DNA of 64,000 bases from Camelus dromedarius (lineage: Eukaryota), in contig NC_087436.1 in assembly GCF_036321535.1 (NCBI RefSeq), positions 28,770,001-28,834,000 of the forward strand. The letters run 5' to 3'. Below are positions 13,491-25,960 of the stretch, piece after piece. The position numbers and the translations under genes were made by a program. The notes beneath the pieces were generated by a model that searched no databases, was not told the origin of the DNA, and was given only the letters and a program-made list of their open reading frames with translations. Each line of letters starts with the position of its first letter. The stretch's first letter is position 1.

Positions 13491-16400
13491 GTTTTTGTTG
13501 TTGTCTTTTTTTTTCTTTGATATGGCCAATATAATTTACATGACTTTTTTTTTTTTTGGTTCATTATATGAATCTATTCTAAAATTAAAGCCACACCACT
13601 TATTCTCCATTTAGTCTTCCCATTTGTGGAGTGTGACATAATCTTCCAATCAGTTATATTATCCTGTATCAAAAAGTTGTTATTAAGTTAAAGGATATTA
13701 ATTAAATATTTGTTCCCATCTCTCTCATCCACATAAGAAACACTTAGAGAAGAGTGTGTGATTGCACTGGAAATGGTTTCAACATATTTGTTAGGAAAAA
13801 TAAATATGATAAAGAAAATAATAGGAAGAGATGACTGAAATCCATTTTAGAGCAAACACTTTATGAAGTAAACTTTGAACTGAACTTTGAATAGTGAAAG
13901 AGAAGTAGCTTCAGATGAAGCAGTACATATACACAGAGGAGTATGATCATAAATGTTTTCTGTGTTCACATTTGTAATTATAATATATTGATTGATTCTA
14001 TGCCTTCTTTTTGTATGACTGCTTTGAGTACAAAATTTTATTTCTTGCCATGCTGTATTTGAATCTGTGTGTTTACTATCTAGTAATGGTATCTGGAGAG
14101 GAATGACATTAAATGCCACTGTGATTATGGGTTGTGAGAGGATTCAACAAGATAACAGAATTACAATCCAATTTGTCTGTTTGACCAGAATCTCTTTGGG
14201 CACAGTTCTCTGTTCATATTGAAATATATCAGTATGTTTTATTAAATGCTGTATAAAACATATGCACTTCATAACAAATTATTAATTTTTGTGTTCTATA
14301 TCTTCTGACTTCAGTTATCTCAATAGTTAGTAAGTTGCCCTCTTTTTTTCTGTTCTTTTCCTCTCACCTTTAAAGTGATGTGATAAGGGAATGAGATTTT
14401 TCATAGAAATTGTGGTTACCCATAGTAACAAGTATTTGGAGCAATTGTGAACTGTTTTGAAAGCTGAAGTTGGTTGTAATTCTCTACTAATTGAGATTTA
14501 ATTGAAGCTAAGGATGCTAAAACAGCAAAATTTCCTTCTTTCAAAGAGTCAAGACTGTTTAAAGGCAATGACAAACACTGAAAACATAAGGGAAAATATA
14601 AACTTTCTAACCTCAGAAATAGTCATATAAATATTCCATTTTAAGAAAACAAAGCAATAGTTTAGAGTACAGGTACAGAAAACAAAATAAATGTTTCATT
14701 TGCTGAATTTAGTATTTTATTTTTATCTTTAAGGTTAATCTTACATACATTACTTTAAGGTGAGTAATATATGTGAAGTTGGATGTTTAAGTTGAGTAAT
14801 ATATGTAAAGTTAGTTGCATTATATTGTATTTGATTAGTCATTTACATTCAAATGAATGTTTTCCAAAGGAACTGCCAATAATTAACAAAATGAACTCAA
14901 ATTTAGTTCTGAATAACATTACAAACTTTAGAATACAAACTTGAAAAACACTAGTGTTGTAAAGGAAGCACTTACTGATTTAGAAATTTTTTGTCCCTAA
15001 TTGTGCAAATCAGTTTCATGTTAATTTATAAATAAAAGCAATAAATCTGTGTTTGCTTCACTCAACAAAGGGGGCTTAACGTTAAGGTATATTATTTGAA
15101 TTCTTCATAATAAATGTTGGAGATAAGTAACTGGATTTGATCTTTCTGGACTTTAATTCTCTTACCAGTATTACATATTTGTATCATGGAATGGTGGAGC
15201 TAGATCCAAGTAAAGAAAAAATTTAATTTAATATAAAATTGCTCAACTTTCTTGCTGTATCTTTTCAAACCAGAAAAGTTCACATTTAAAAAATAATTAT
15301 TCTGATATTTTAATTTTTCCAGCTGACCATCTTAGTCATAGAAATACCAACATTTTACGCAGCAAAATTATTGCTAAATTAAAATTCACCAAGGAGAAAT
15401 CTGTCTAGTCATATTAAAGTAGCTGTGCACAGCTATTTGAAAAAAAAATTCCGTTGGGATGCAGATGATTAAACTGGCAAAAATAATATCTGCACTATTT
15501 CAAGAGTACATTTTTAAGCTTTAAAAAATATCAGTTAAAGGACAAGTATCCTTAGAACATGTAAATTAAAAGTAATCAATTGTTTTAAATACCACAGAAA
15601 TATTAAAAATATCCCTGCTTTGTCTAAAAATAGAACTCAACATTTATTCAACCAATTTATTTGACAAGATTGATTAAACATAATCTGACACCATTTATGC
15701 ACAAATATATAATGTATATTTCTAACTATGTGTGTAAAGAGCTACAGTCAGAAATATAAATTGAGTGCATTTTAAAAGTCTATGTGTTTAACCATTTATG
15801 AAACAAAAATAGCTTTAAATATACCTTAATGATACTGGTTTTCACTGTAATGAAGTTGTAATAAAAAACGGATGTACTATATTTTAGAAGGAAAGAACTG
15901 TAACCTCTTTCTCTTTCCTTTTTAGTTCTCCTCGTAAAGCTACTTTGAGGCCAGACAGGATCAGAATATTCTAAGATAACAATATAGCAACCGAGCATGA
16001 GATTTGCATCTCCACTTCAGATTTCTCATTCTTGAACCTCTTTTTGCCTTATCAGTACAGCTACCAAAGGGCTTAGCAAATGCAGCTGGAGTGGAATCTT
16101 TCACTGCATTTCAGACTGAAAATTTAATTGTTCATGTCCATTTCCAGCAGCAAGCCACGTCTGCAGACTTGTGATAAATCCAAGCAAAGAACAGGATCAA
16201 CTTGAGGATGTATGCAAATAAAATATTAACCCACATCTGCAAGAGTTAATGTAGAAAATTCTATTATAGATATTATGTACATAACTTAATTTCATTTATG
16301 CTTTGCATTGAATAGCCTCATCAAACTGAAAAATATTGAACCTGCATTTCAAGTAATACAGGTCAGTTTAAAATGCCTAATATTATCATGCCACTGGCAA

Positions 16401-17869
16401 ATTTATTTCTTTCACTTAGATCAAAGGCATATATTTGCTACATTTCCAAGCCTGCTTTTCAGATAGACTGCTGTTCTTTCTTCCCTCCACAAATGTAAAC
16501 TTAATGCCTGTAATCCTTCAGAATATAGAAAATAACAAAGCTAAATTGCATGAATGATCTTATTTCCCCCAATCTTTTTCTCTTTATGCAATTGCATTGT
16601 TATTTGTTTATCCATGCTGTGCTTTAATTTATTTTAATAATTTACTTTAATAAGAAAATAAGTTGTTATGCTTGGAATGAATGGATAACAATAACAGAAA
16701 TAAAAGAAAAAAATTCAGACTTGCCAGATGAAAACATATCATTTTTTCTAATGTAATGAGAAAAATTTGATTTCTGAGTAAAAAAGGACTATAAACTATA
16801 ATGAAAAGTCTGTTAGAATGAATATATGGAAAATATAAATTATATAAACTATGAATAAATGTAACTTATAAACTATAATAAAAACCTATTATGATGAATA
16901 TATGGAAAATAGATATATTATGACCAACTTCTGTGAATAATTCAATTATGAATATATGCTAAATAAAAAAAACTTGATTCTGTTTGATTATAAAGTGAAG
17001 AAATAAATGAAAGAAAATAAAATGAGAAAGCAAGGGGAAAGCAACAAGGCAAATTGGATTCCTTTAGAAAGGCTGTAATCAGGACAAAATAAAATACCAA
17101 GTTCAATTTTAAATGTCTGAATAACTTCGAGCAATGTCTTTAAGCAAAAACATTTCTATAGCTCGTTTATATTATCAAATACTCAGGAAACACATAGGAT
17201 ATTTTTCCCTTTGGAAAGGTAGTGCTGCCTTTTTGATAATAGAAGGTAAATAAAATATTTTTCTTAATTTACTTCTTACAAAAGATTCGCAATTCATGTC
17301 ATAGAAATAAAATATATCAGAACTAAGAGTACCATTGTTAGTTTGGTTATAACATTTGTTTGTTGACAGTTACTAAGACATTTTTTCTGAACATCATTTT
17401 CATCCAGATCAGTTGCAATTTTTCTTAGTTTACTGAGGTTTTTCTGTGACTCTATGTTCAATGATGCTGTTAGCACCCAGTACGTCCTATGTCGTGTGAC
17501 AATTACTCTTTACAACTGTGAAGATCAGAAAGTGTATAGAAACATTTCCCTTTATTAATCCCTTATGGATATTATTTCTGAAGCTGTCTATTGATGTGGC
17601 TGTTTTATTAGTTAAAAAATTGTAAGGTTACATCCCTGTAAAGAGTAGCTCTTTGGAATCATTAACTAGAAATAAAGAAATCTCTCCCTAGCCACAATTT
17701 TATTTTTGATGAATAATATTGATGAGAAGAGTAATAAAACAAAGTTTTGTTGAAGATTCAGGGTTCTATCTTTTTTTTGAGACACAAATAAATTAGCTTG
17801 ATTTAATAGTGTAACGTAATTACTGTTTGAGAAGAATCTAGACTGATCACAGACTAGATTGATCAGATG

Positions 17870-18050
17870 GTGGCAGATGGTACAATGGTTTGGAGTTCAA
17901 AGAATTGAGTTCACAAACTGTCTTCAAAACTTATTTTATGACATTGGGTACGTTAATCAGTTTCCATGAGTGTCAATTTCCTGAACTATAAGACTGAGGG
18001 AATAATTTGAAAGTTTTAATGAGCTTTGGAGTAATGTAGATGATACTCAA
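17870..18050 (+). mobile_element. MIR fragment
   Basis: ttggagttcaaagaattgagttc...ttttatgacattgggtacgttaatc...tgagtgtcaatttcctgaactataaga. Confidence 0.55.
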
Positions 18051-18499
18051 TTACCATAACTAGCATTAAATTCATATATTAAACTAGATGGCTGGTATGG
18101 AACCTACGTGACAACACAAAATTAATCAGATTTTTTTCTTCATTGAAATTCACCCATTCCTTTAAGTAGTTCTACTCTTTCATATTTCCTGAAGTTGAAA
18201 TAAATACTTTCACTGTGGTAGATGATGGAAAACACTTGTAGATCATGATACTATGTCCAAAGTAGAGTTAGTAAGTTTAAAGATGATTAATAAAGATTCT
18301 TGATGTAATTCTCAGCAAGCATTTCTGTGTTGGAAACTTGGAATTGCCAAAAAGAAATATAAAAATTGATGTATAAAAATACATTTCTTAAGTTTTTCAC
18401 AAATTTTTTGTATTACAGAATTTAAGACTAAAGCAGATGACAGGGGTACATAATCCACATTCTGGGAGTTATATAATTCAGCCCAGACGTCCATCTCAT

Positions 18500-18900
18500 T
18501 CATCGCATCTTGAAGATGAGAGCAAAAATATTCAGGTAAATATGAGGAGATGAGTAACACAGGCCGAGAGAAGAGCATCTTCAAAGGATTGGAAACTAGA
18601 GAGAACGGGGGTATACAACTCAGTATCTTTTGGATACAGAATGCTAGACATAGGACCAATGGTAGGAGGGAGGATTACAGAAGTGAGAAGCTATCAGATA
18701 ATTTGTATATCATTCATGTAAAAGAAGAGGCCTGTTAGATTTTTACTCCAGAAATATCACTCTGACCTGTAGTGTAGAAAATTTAATGAAATTGAAAGTG
18801 GGGAGACCATCACAGAGGCAGTCAGTAATCCACCTATGAGATGATGGAAAACCCAAAACATGAGACAACTGGGGTGAAACTGACTAGACTCAATCACACT
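18500..18900 (-). mobile_element. Diverged L2 fragment
   Basis: Purine-rich antisense L2-like text (gagaagagcatcttc...ccagaaatatcactctgac...gtaatccac). Confidence 0.45.
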
Positions 18901-20959
18901 GAGAAAAGAAGAGGCAAGCCCCTGGTCTCTGGACTATTGTCATCCACCAGTTACTACAGCCCAGGACTCAGAAGGGAAATACTAGATGAAATTATCAGTG
19001 GTTTTAATGTTCAAATACTAATTTAGTTTTGTTACCTTAATACAGTTTTTAAACATTTTGTAATTTACAGAGAAAAGATTACTCTTTCAGTTGCAATAAT
19101 TATTCAGTTTTGTTAAACAATTTTAAAATATTTTGAAATATGTAAATGAAAGTTACTCCCTTCTATAAACTTTATTTTTATATTGCCATTGTCTATTTAT
19201 TTTAGCACTGAGTTAGCTTAGATTTCTTTAATCATATCTTTCCTACTATGGAATTTTTAAAGTTGGTATGTCCTCATGCAAAAGATAAGGTTTTCTAGGA
19301 ACAGGATAATTATGGCTATTTTGACCACTGGAGTACATCAACTATTTGGATAACTATACATTTTATAAGGTAACTTTACAAGATTCTCCATTATATTTTT
19401 AGCCATGAAAATTTCATTTGTGGCGTTTCAGATTAGAGGTAGATTCTGAGAGGTTATATATGTATGCTTATGTGTGTGTAGTGTTTTCTTAGCATTTGTT
19501 TATTTTAGTCTACAAATTAGAAAAACTTACTACTTGACCAAACTTTCAGGAAAGGTTTGCATTATTAATAACTCTGCTATGTCATTCTTATTTTTAAGCC
19601 ACAGTTGGGAAACACCTGCTTTCAGAACTAGATTCCTGCAGCTCTGAATTCCATTAAAGAATGTGTTTAAAAGTTTCATAACTTTCTTTCCAGGGGATTA
19701 TTAAATTATGTTTATTACCATTTCCATAATATTTATCAATTAAAAATCTATGCCTCTATAAAAACCCATTTGAGAAATCACATAACTTTTTTATAGTATA
19801 TAACAAAGAAAAGTGTATTTTGTCATATTAAACTTTTGATATACAGATAAGAACTACAGACTAATTATAGAGGAACAATTTAAAACTGACCCATACAAGC
19901 AAATGTAAGACTATTAAACACTGTCCTTGAAAACAATACATGAGATCTTTTGCCTGTTTACTTATTTATTGTCTTTATTTTTCTCTTGTAAAAAAAAATA
20001 AAATTTCACTAATGCCTAAACTTACCAGATGTAGAACCTAGCTCTGTCATAATCTATATTTCTCACAATAAGGTAGGAAAATCCAATATTATTGGGTATA
20101 ACTGGCCAAAATATTAAGTTTCCAAAGGGACCTCCTTCATTATCTAATTTTGCAGCTTTCTGGTTTTTTGCACTCAGCTCAGTCGTCTCTGATTCTTAGT
20201 GAGCACTACATCTGTGAACTTGATAAGTCTTCTTAACAATGCCAAATCTGTGGCAAATGACCCCCACATTTCAAATAATATTCACATAAGCCGAGAATAA
20301 AAGTAATTTATCCTTTTGTCTGGAACAGGTGCTTCTGGAATGACTTTCAGTAAGTCATGCTGCAGTTTGATTCCCACAGCTGTGAACGCGTATCCCTAGC
20401 AGGTGACAGATTGCTTATCCACCACATTAACATTTGTCACTTTAAATGATGCAAATATTTTTCCAGTACCTCCATATCATTACATTTATGTCATTTTGAA
20501 TGTTCATTTTACAAATATGTCATCCCAGCTTTACCTTGAAAACTACCTAAGCCACTGTTTCTAACACAGAAACTACCAGAGCAAACTAGAGAACATTTTG
20601 TGTAATTCTAAAAGTCGGTTTCCATTCCAGTAATGTAAAAATGGCAGATGAAATTTAAATATATATATATTTAAATTTAGTAGCTTTGTACATTCACAAG
20701 GTCATATGTATTTGAGCTTTGCTTTTTGTTAGGATCTAGAAACATCAGTGATGTTTCTCATTTCACTTTGAGCCTTACTTCTCTGATGTCCCTTGCTTTC
20801 CCTAGGAGAAACAAAACAATGGTGGTCTTAATATTTAGTAGAAATGACATTTGAGGACAGATTTATTGTACATTTACAATGGATCAAGCATAAATAATTC
20901 ACTATTTATACACCATACTAACTTAACTAACTTAGTCTTCCTATTTTTAACTCACCCTA

Positions 20960-21355
20960 AAAATCTGACCCTAACATTCTATCTTTATGCTCTGCAGGAG
21001 ACCCAGTCAGTGATATTCTTATATATACTCAGTCCTCCCTATATATGAAGAGGCTAGAAATTCTGGGGAATTAACCTCCCCAAATCACCTTCCCCGACTA
21101 CAGTCCAGCTACAGCCGTCTCACCCCTCAGATGGATAACTCCCATATGTTCCCACAGTGGTCCACACATCCCTGATGAACCACTGCCCATTTGCCCACCG
21201 CAGGGAGCTGCTCACCAATACACTGAGATACTCTCTCCTCTTTCCTCCTGACATCTCCTCAACCAGGCAGGTCATTCTTGAAACAACTGAAAAATAATAA
21301 TTACCAGTCAAATTCTTATTTCAGGGTCAGCTTCTGGAAATAACCAAATTGACAC
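20960..21355 (+). mobile_element. LTR16-like ERVL solo LTR
   Basis: aattctggggaattaac...cacccctcagatggataactcc...ttcagggtcagcttctggaaataaccaaattgaca, ending in CA. Confidence 0.65.
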
Positions 21356-21466
21356 CTTGAAACTTGTTTGCAGTTGAAAGGGGTAGTTCATTTCATATGA
21401 AATACCCATTCTGTGAGCTCTTCTTCATTAATCATCAAACTGAATGAACAGAAAATTTTGCTGAGT

Positions 21467-21489
21467 ACACACACACACACACACACACA
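21467..21489. repeat. (CA)n microsatellite
   Basis: Seen directly. Confidence 0.9.
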
Positions 21490-22974
21490 AATCTGTTTAG
21501 AATCTCAGATTTCCGGCAAAACAGCCTATCCATATGTAGCCAGGTTTTTCTAACCTAAAAATACATACATTTAGGGTCTCCCTCAACCTTATTCATTCTT
21601 TTATTTCACATTTTTTAACACATCTTTTTTTGTTGTTATTATCTGACTTCCAAGCCCACTACAAAGTAGAACCTTCAAACTAGAATTCAAGAGAGAGTCT
21701 ATTAATGATGAAAAACAGAAAAATTCAAAAAAAAAAAAAACAAAAGAAAACAAAGTTTCAGAAAGCAAATTATTTTACATTTCCAACATTGGGAGCAAAC
21801 CTGGGTGTACTGAAGTCAGCCCATAATTATACGGATAAATATTCATATTGTAACTCTGTAAGATGAAGAAAATCTTTAGTGATGTTCAGAACTATTTTTG
21901 TAAGAAGTTAAAAATGTTTCATATATTTTTAAATGGTTAATAACAATGTGTTGCTCCAACAACCTATTCTGAAAAGTTAGGTATTATAACTCATTTTAAA
22001 AATTCAGAAAAGCTAATAGTTTATTCCAGAGAAGTATAATCTAAAATTTTGATAGTTTGTATCTTACAAAATGAATGTTTCCTTTAGTCATGCATAAAAA
22101 TGATGAGTAAAGCAAGCCACTTAATAGAGTAGACATTTACACTCCTTCAGAAAATAGGCTGTTCCAAATTCTTAAAACACTGTAATGAGAAAACATATTT
22201 GTCCTAATTTATGTAAGACATTGCTATCTTCACTAAAAGCCCAAAAGCTTACAGTAAAATAAACAGGTCTTTTAAAACTCACTAAAAAAATGAATAAAAT
22301 ATACACATTAAAGTCAAAGTGTTTATCTATAAACAGATTTATACAGACCATAAAAACAGAGATAATTTCCATATGAAGCATATTTGTATTTTTTTTCTCT
22401 TTTGTTAATATATATACATGCAAGATCAATCTGGCAGTGGCATTCAAAATTAACTTATGGAAGAATGCTATTCATGTGAATATTACATACACTTAGATCC
22501 AGATCTACAACTGTGCCCAGGAGGTATTAAATTAGGTTAATGTAGAGAGTTGTCCTTTTATTCTGCTGAATATCAGCATCATCAACAATAAACATATATT
22601 ATTTTTCTTATGTTTTATGTCTTTTAACATAACTTAGTGCCTAAATTTTTTTTTCAAATCCTGTAGGTTTTTACGGATACATCTGGGAAATCATTTACCA
22701 TAGTTTCTGAATTCTTACAATGACTTTGGACCAATACTGTTTTAATTAGCCTTATAATTTTTTACTATTTTCCTAAAATAGAAAGACCATAAAAGGGGAC
22801 AATCCCTTAGGTGTTGGTTAAAAACACATTTTTGTAACAAGAAAATACAGATTATGTGTTTACATAGACAGATGATGAAGTTTGCGTATTTCAGCTTCAG
22901 TTGAAATTAGGTGCATACTTGAAACACTTTTAAGTGAGTCTATACTTTTTTTATATATAAACTTTTTTATTGAG

Positions 22975-23995
22975 TTTTTTTTAACATTTTTTATTGATTT
23001 ATAATCATTTTACAATGTTGTGTCAAATTCCAGTGTTCAGCACAATTTTTCAGTCATTCATGGACATATACACACTCATTGTCACATTTTTTTCTCTGTG
23101 AGTTATCATAACATTTTGTGTATATTTCCCTGTGCTATACAGTGTAATCTTGTTTATCTATTCTACAATTTTGAAATCCCAGTCTATCCCTTCCCACCCT
23201 CCACCCCCCTGGTAACCACAAGTCTGTATTCTCTGTCTGTGAGTCTATTTCTGTCCTGTATTTACACTTTGTTGTTGTTTGTTTGTTTCTTTTTGTTTTT
23301 GTTTTTTAGATTCCACATATGAGCAATCTCATATGGTATTTTTCTTTCTCTTTCTGGCTTACTTCACTTAGAATGACATTCTCCAGGAGCATCTGTGTTG
23401 CTGCAAATGGCATTATGTTGTCGGTTTTTATGGCTGAGTAGTATTCCATTGTATAAATATACCACCTCTTCTTTATCCAGTCACCTGTTGATGGACATTT
23501 AGGCTGTTTCCATGTTTTGGCTATTGTAAATAGTGCTGCTATGAACATTGGGGTGCAGGTGTCATCCTGAAGTAGATTTCCTTCTGGATACAAGCCCAGG
23601 AGTGGGATTCCTGGGTCATGTGGTAAGTCTATTCCTAGTCTTTTGAGGAATCTCCACACTGTTTTCCATAGTGGCTGCACCAAACTGCATTCCCACCAGC
23701 AGTGTAGGAGGGTTCCCCTTTCTCCACAGCCTCTCCAGCATTTGTCATTTGTGGATTTTTGAATGACGGCCATTCTGACTGGTGTGAGGTGATACCTTAT
23801 TGTAGTTTTGATTTGCATTTCTCTGATAATTAGTGATATGGAGCATTTTTTCATGTGCTTTTTGATCATTTGTATGTCTTCCTTGGAGAATTGCTTGTTT
23901 AGGTCTTCTGCCCATTTTTGGATTGGGTTGTTTATTTTTTTCTTATTAAGTCGTATGAGCTGCTTATATATTCTGGAGATCAAGCCTTTGTCGTT
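22975..23995 (-). mobile_element. Inner young L1, 5'-truncated (about 1 kb: ORF2 C-terminus, 3' UTR, short A tail)
   Basis: Uninterrupted ORF2 C-terminal frame; 3' UTR homologous to but distinct from the outer copy; gtt repeated at both junctions (22974-22976, 23993-23995). Confidence 0.93.
23306..23983 (-). pseudogene. LINE-1 ORF2p C-terminal fragment (225 aa, open, lacks EN and RT domains)
   Basis: Motifs [37 protein letters not shown] and [13 protein letters not shown] are canonical for the L1 ORF2p cysteine-rich C-terminus. Confidence 0.95.
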
Positions 23996-24959
23996 ATAGT
24001 CATTTTACAATGTTGTGTCAAATTGCAGTGTAGAGCACAATTTTTCAGTTATACAGAAACATACATACATTCATTGTCACATTCTCTTTCGCTGTGAGCC
24101 ACCACAAGATCCTGTATATGTTTCCCTGTGCTACACAGTACGACCTTGTTTATCTATTCCACATTTTGAAATCCCAGTCCCTTCCCAGCCCCCGTCCCCC
24201 TGGCAACCACAAGTTTGTATTCTATGTCTATGAGTCTGTTTCTGTTTTGTATTTTTTTTTGTTTTTTTTTGTGTTTTGGGGTTTTTTTTAGATTCCGCAT
24301 ATGAGTGATCTCATATGGTATTTTTCTTTCTCTTTCTGGCTTACTTCACTTAGAATGACATTCTCCAGTAACATCCATGTTTCTGCAAATGGCATTATGT
24401 TGTTGTTTTTTATGGCTGAATAGTATTCCATTGTATAAATATACCACTTCTTCTTTATCCAGTCCCCTTTAAAATAGCACCCAAAGTAATAAAATACCTA
24501 GGAGTAAATCTAACCAAGTCTATACATTTTATCTCTAGATATATTCAGTGAAAATATGATAGCTTTCCTTGTCATGTTTATGTTTACACTAATGTCCTGT
24601 ATTCAAGCTGTTTGATTGCTTCATTACCCTTTGAGATCCAGAGTAATTTAGCTCACTGTACCAGTGGACAGGGTACTGGAATTTTACTTCTTCTTCTGTA
24701 AAACGAAGGAATTTGTTCCAGAGCCACCTTCATTTCTTCTAGTGCTGTGATTCTGAGTCCCTGTGCCCAGATCTCAGTAAGTCTCTTTGGATCTGAACAC
24801 TCTTACACTTTGTGCCTTCACCTGCCACTTGTACTCTTTTCTTCCTCATCCCTACCCTTTAAAATTAGTGGTCCCTTTCATTACAGAGTTCCTCTTAATC
24901 CATTAAAAAAAGACCAAAAATTATATCTTGGTATGTACATATCTTAAATCCATACCTAT

Positions 24960-25100
24960 AAACTTCAAGGAGCAGAAACTGTCTAATCCTAACTTGATAT
25001 TCTCCAGTGTTCAGAGGATCAGCATTCTCTACTGTTTTTAGCACAACGCTTTGCAGAGACAGGCAAACAATGCATACAATGAATATGTATGCATTAATGG
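24960..25100 (+). mobile_element. L2 3' end fragment
   Basis: tataaacttcaaggagcagaaactgtct...tagcacaacgctttgcagagacaggcaaacaatgc...gaatatgtatg. Confidence 0.5.
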
Positions 25101-25794
25101 GTTCAGTTGCTTAGTTGGTAATTATGTTACAGATAATAAGTTGCTTCCTTTTAAACTCTTCAAAATCAAAACAAATATATTAACTGTGCAAATCTGAAAA
25201 TTACTTGTTTTAAAGCATTCCAAATAGTTTTAGGCAGTTTTTATTTCTTTCATTGAAAATTGCTAGAAATAAACTGAGAATTAGGCCTGTAATGTAGCTG
25301 TAAACTGTTTTCTCTGATTTTTCATATAGAAATTATGCATAGATACATAGCAGTACTGCTTTTGAGCCAATTCAAAGGCTTTAAAAACTGAGTTTTGTAG
25401 ACCTTATTTTTTTACAGCAGTTTTAAATTTTTTTTTCAAAATCAATAGAAGCAAAATAAGATAATACCCATAATAAGAAATACGTTTCATGAAGTTTCTG
25501 GTCTTCAGATACAAAAAGTGAAAAATAAAATTATCTTTGTATCATGCAGGAATATTTTCTCTTTCAGCAGCTTGTAAGTAATTTAGGCAATATATGCTCT
25601 ACTAGTAGTATGGTGGAGCTAGTTCCCTGGGATAATGTACAATTTTAAAATTTATTTATGCATCAATCATTTTTAACAATGATTTGGATTTCAGAGAACA
25701 GAAAGCAGAGAAGCGACTGTTTATCACCAATAATGCAATATTTTAATTAAAGAAGAAATAATAAGAAAAAATAAAATCTATGTTATTTTCCAGT

Positions 25795-25960
25795 CTAGTA
25801 ATTCTCAGATTTGTGTACATGCAAGAATCCCAGGAGTCAATGCGACAAATTCCTCGGAACTATTCTGTGTCTACACGTTGGAAATCTCTGTATGTAAGGA
25901 TCTGGGAATACGCATTTTGAGAAAGACTTAAGGCAGTTATAAGCCAGTGAAGATTCAGAT
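25795..25960. mobile_element. MER5-like hAT-Charlie fragment
   Basis: gtaattctcagatttgtgtacatgcaagaatcccaggag...gatctgggaatacgcattttga. Confidence 0.5.

Larger units (their letters stand above)
22946..24518 (-). mobile_element. Outer young L1: 5'-truncated, 5'-inverted, split by a nested L1
   Basis: The 3' end (22946-22976, polyA plus AATAAA on minus) rejoins 23996-24464. An inverted ORF2 piece lies at 24465-24518 on +. TSD agtctatac at 22937-22945 and 24517-24525. Confidence 0.9.

Noticed and set aside
17294..17530. Minus-strand ORF (…LNIESQKNLSKLRKIATDLDENDVQKK…) behind an acceptor-like ctgatcttcacAG
   Set aside because: All three frames stop shortly after that acceptor, there is no good donor, and I do not recognise the peptide.
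23306..23983. 225-aa ORF as a host or domesticated gene
   Set aside because: It is the 5'-truncated L1 ORF2 C-terminus. Its openness is explained by young age, and it has no promoter or true start.
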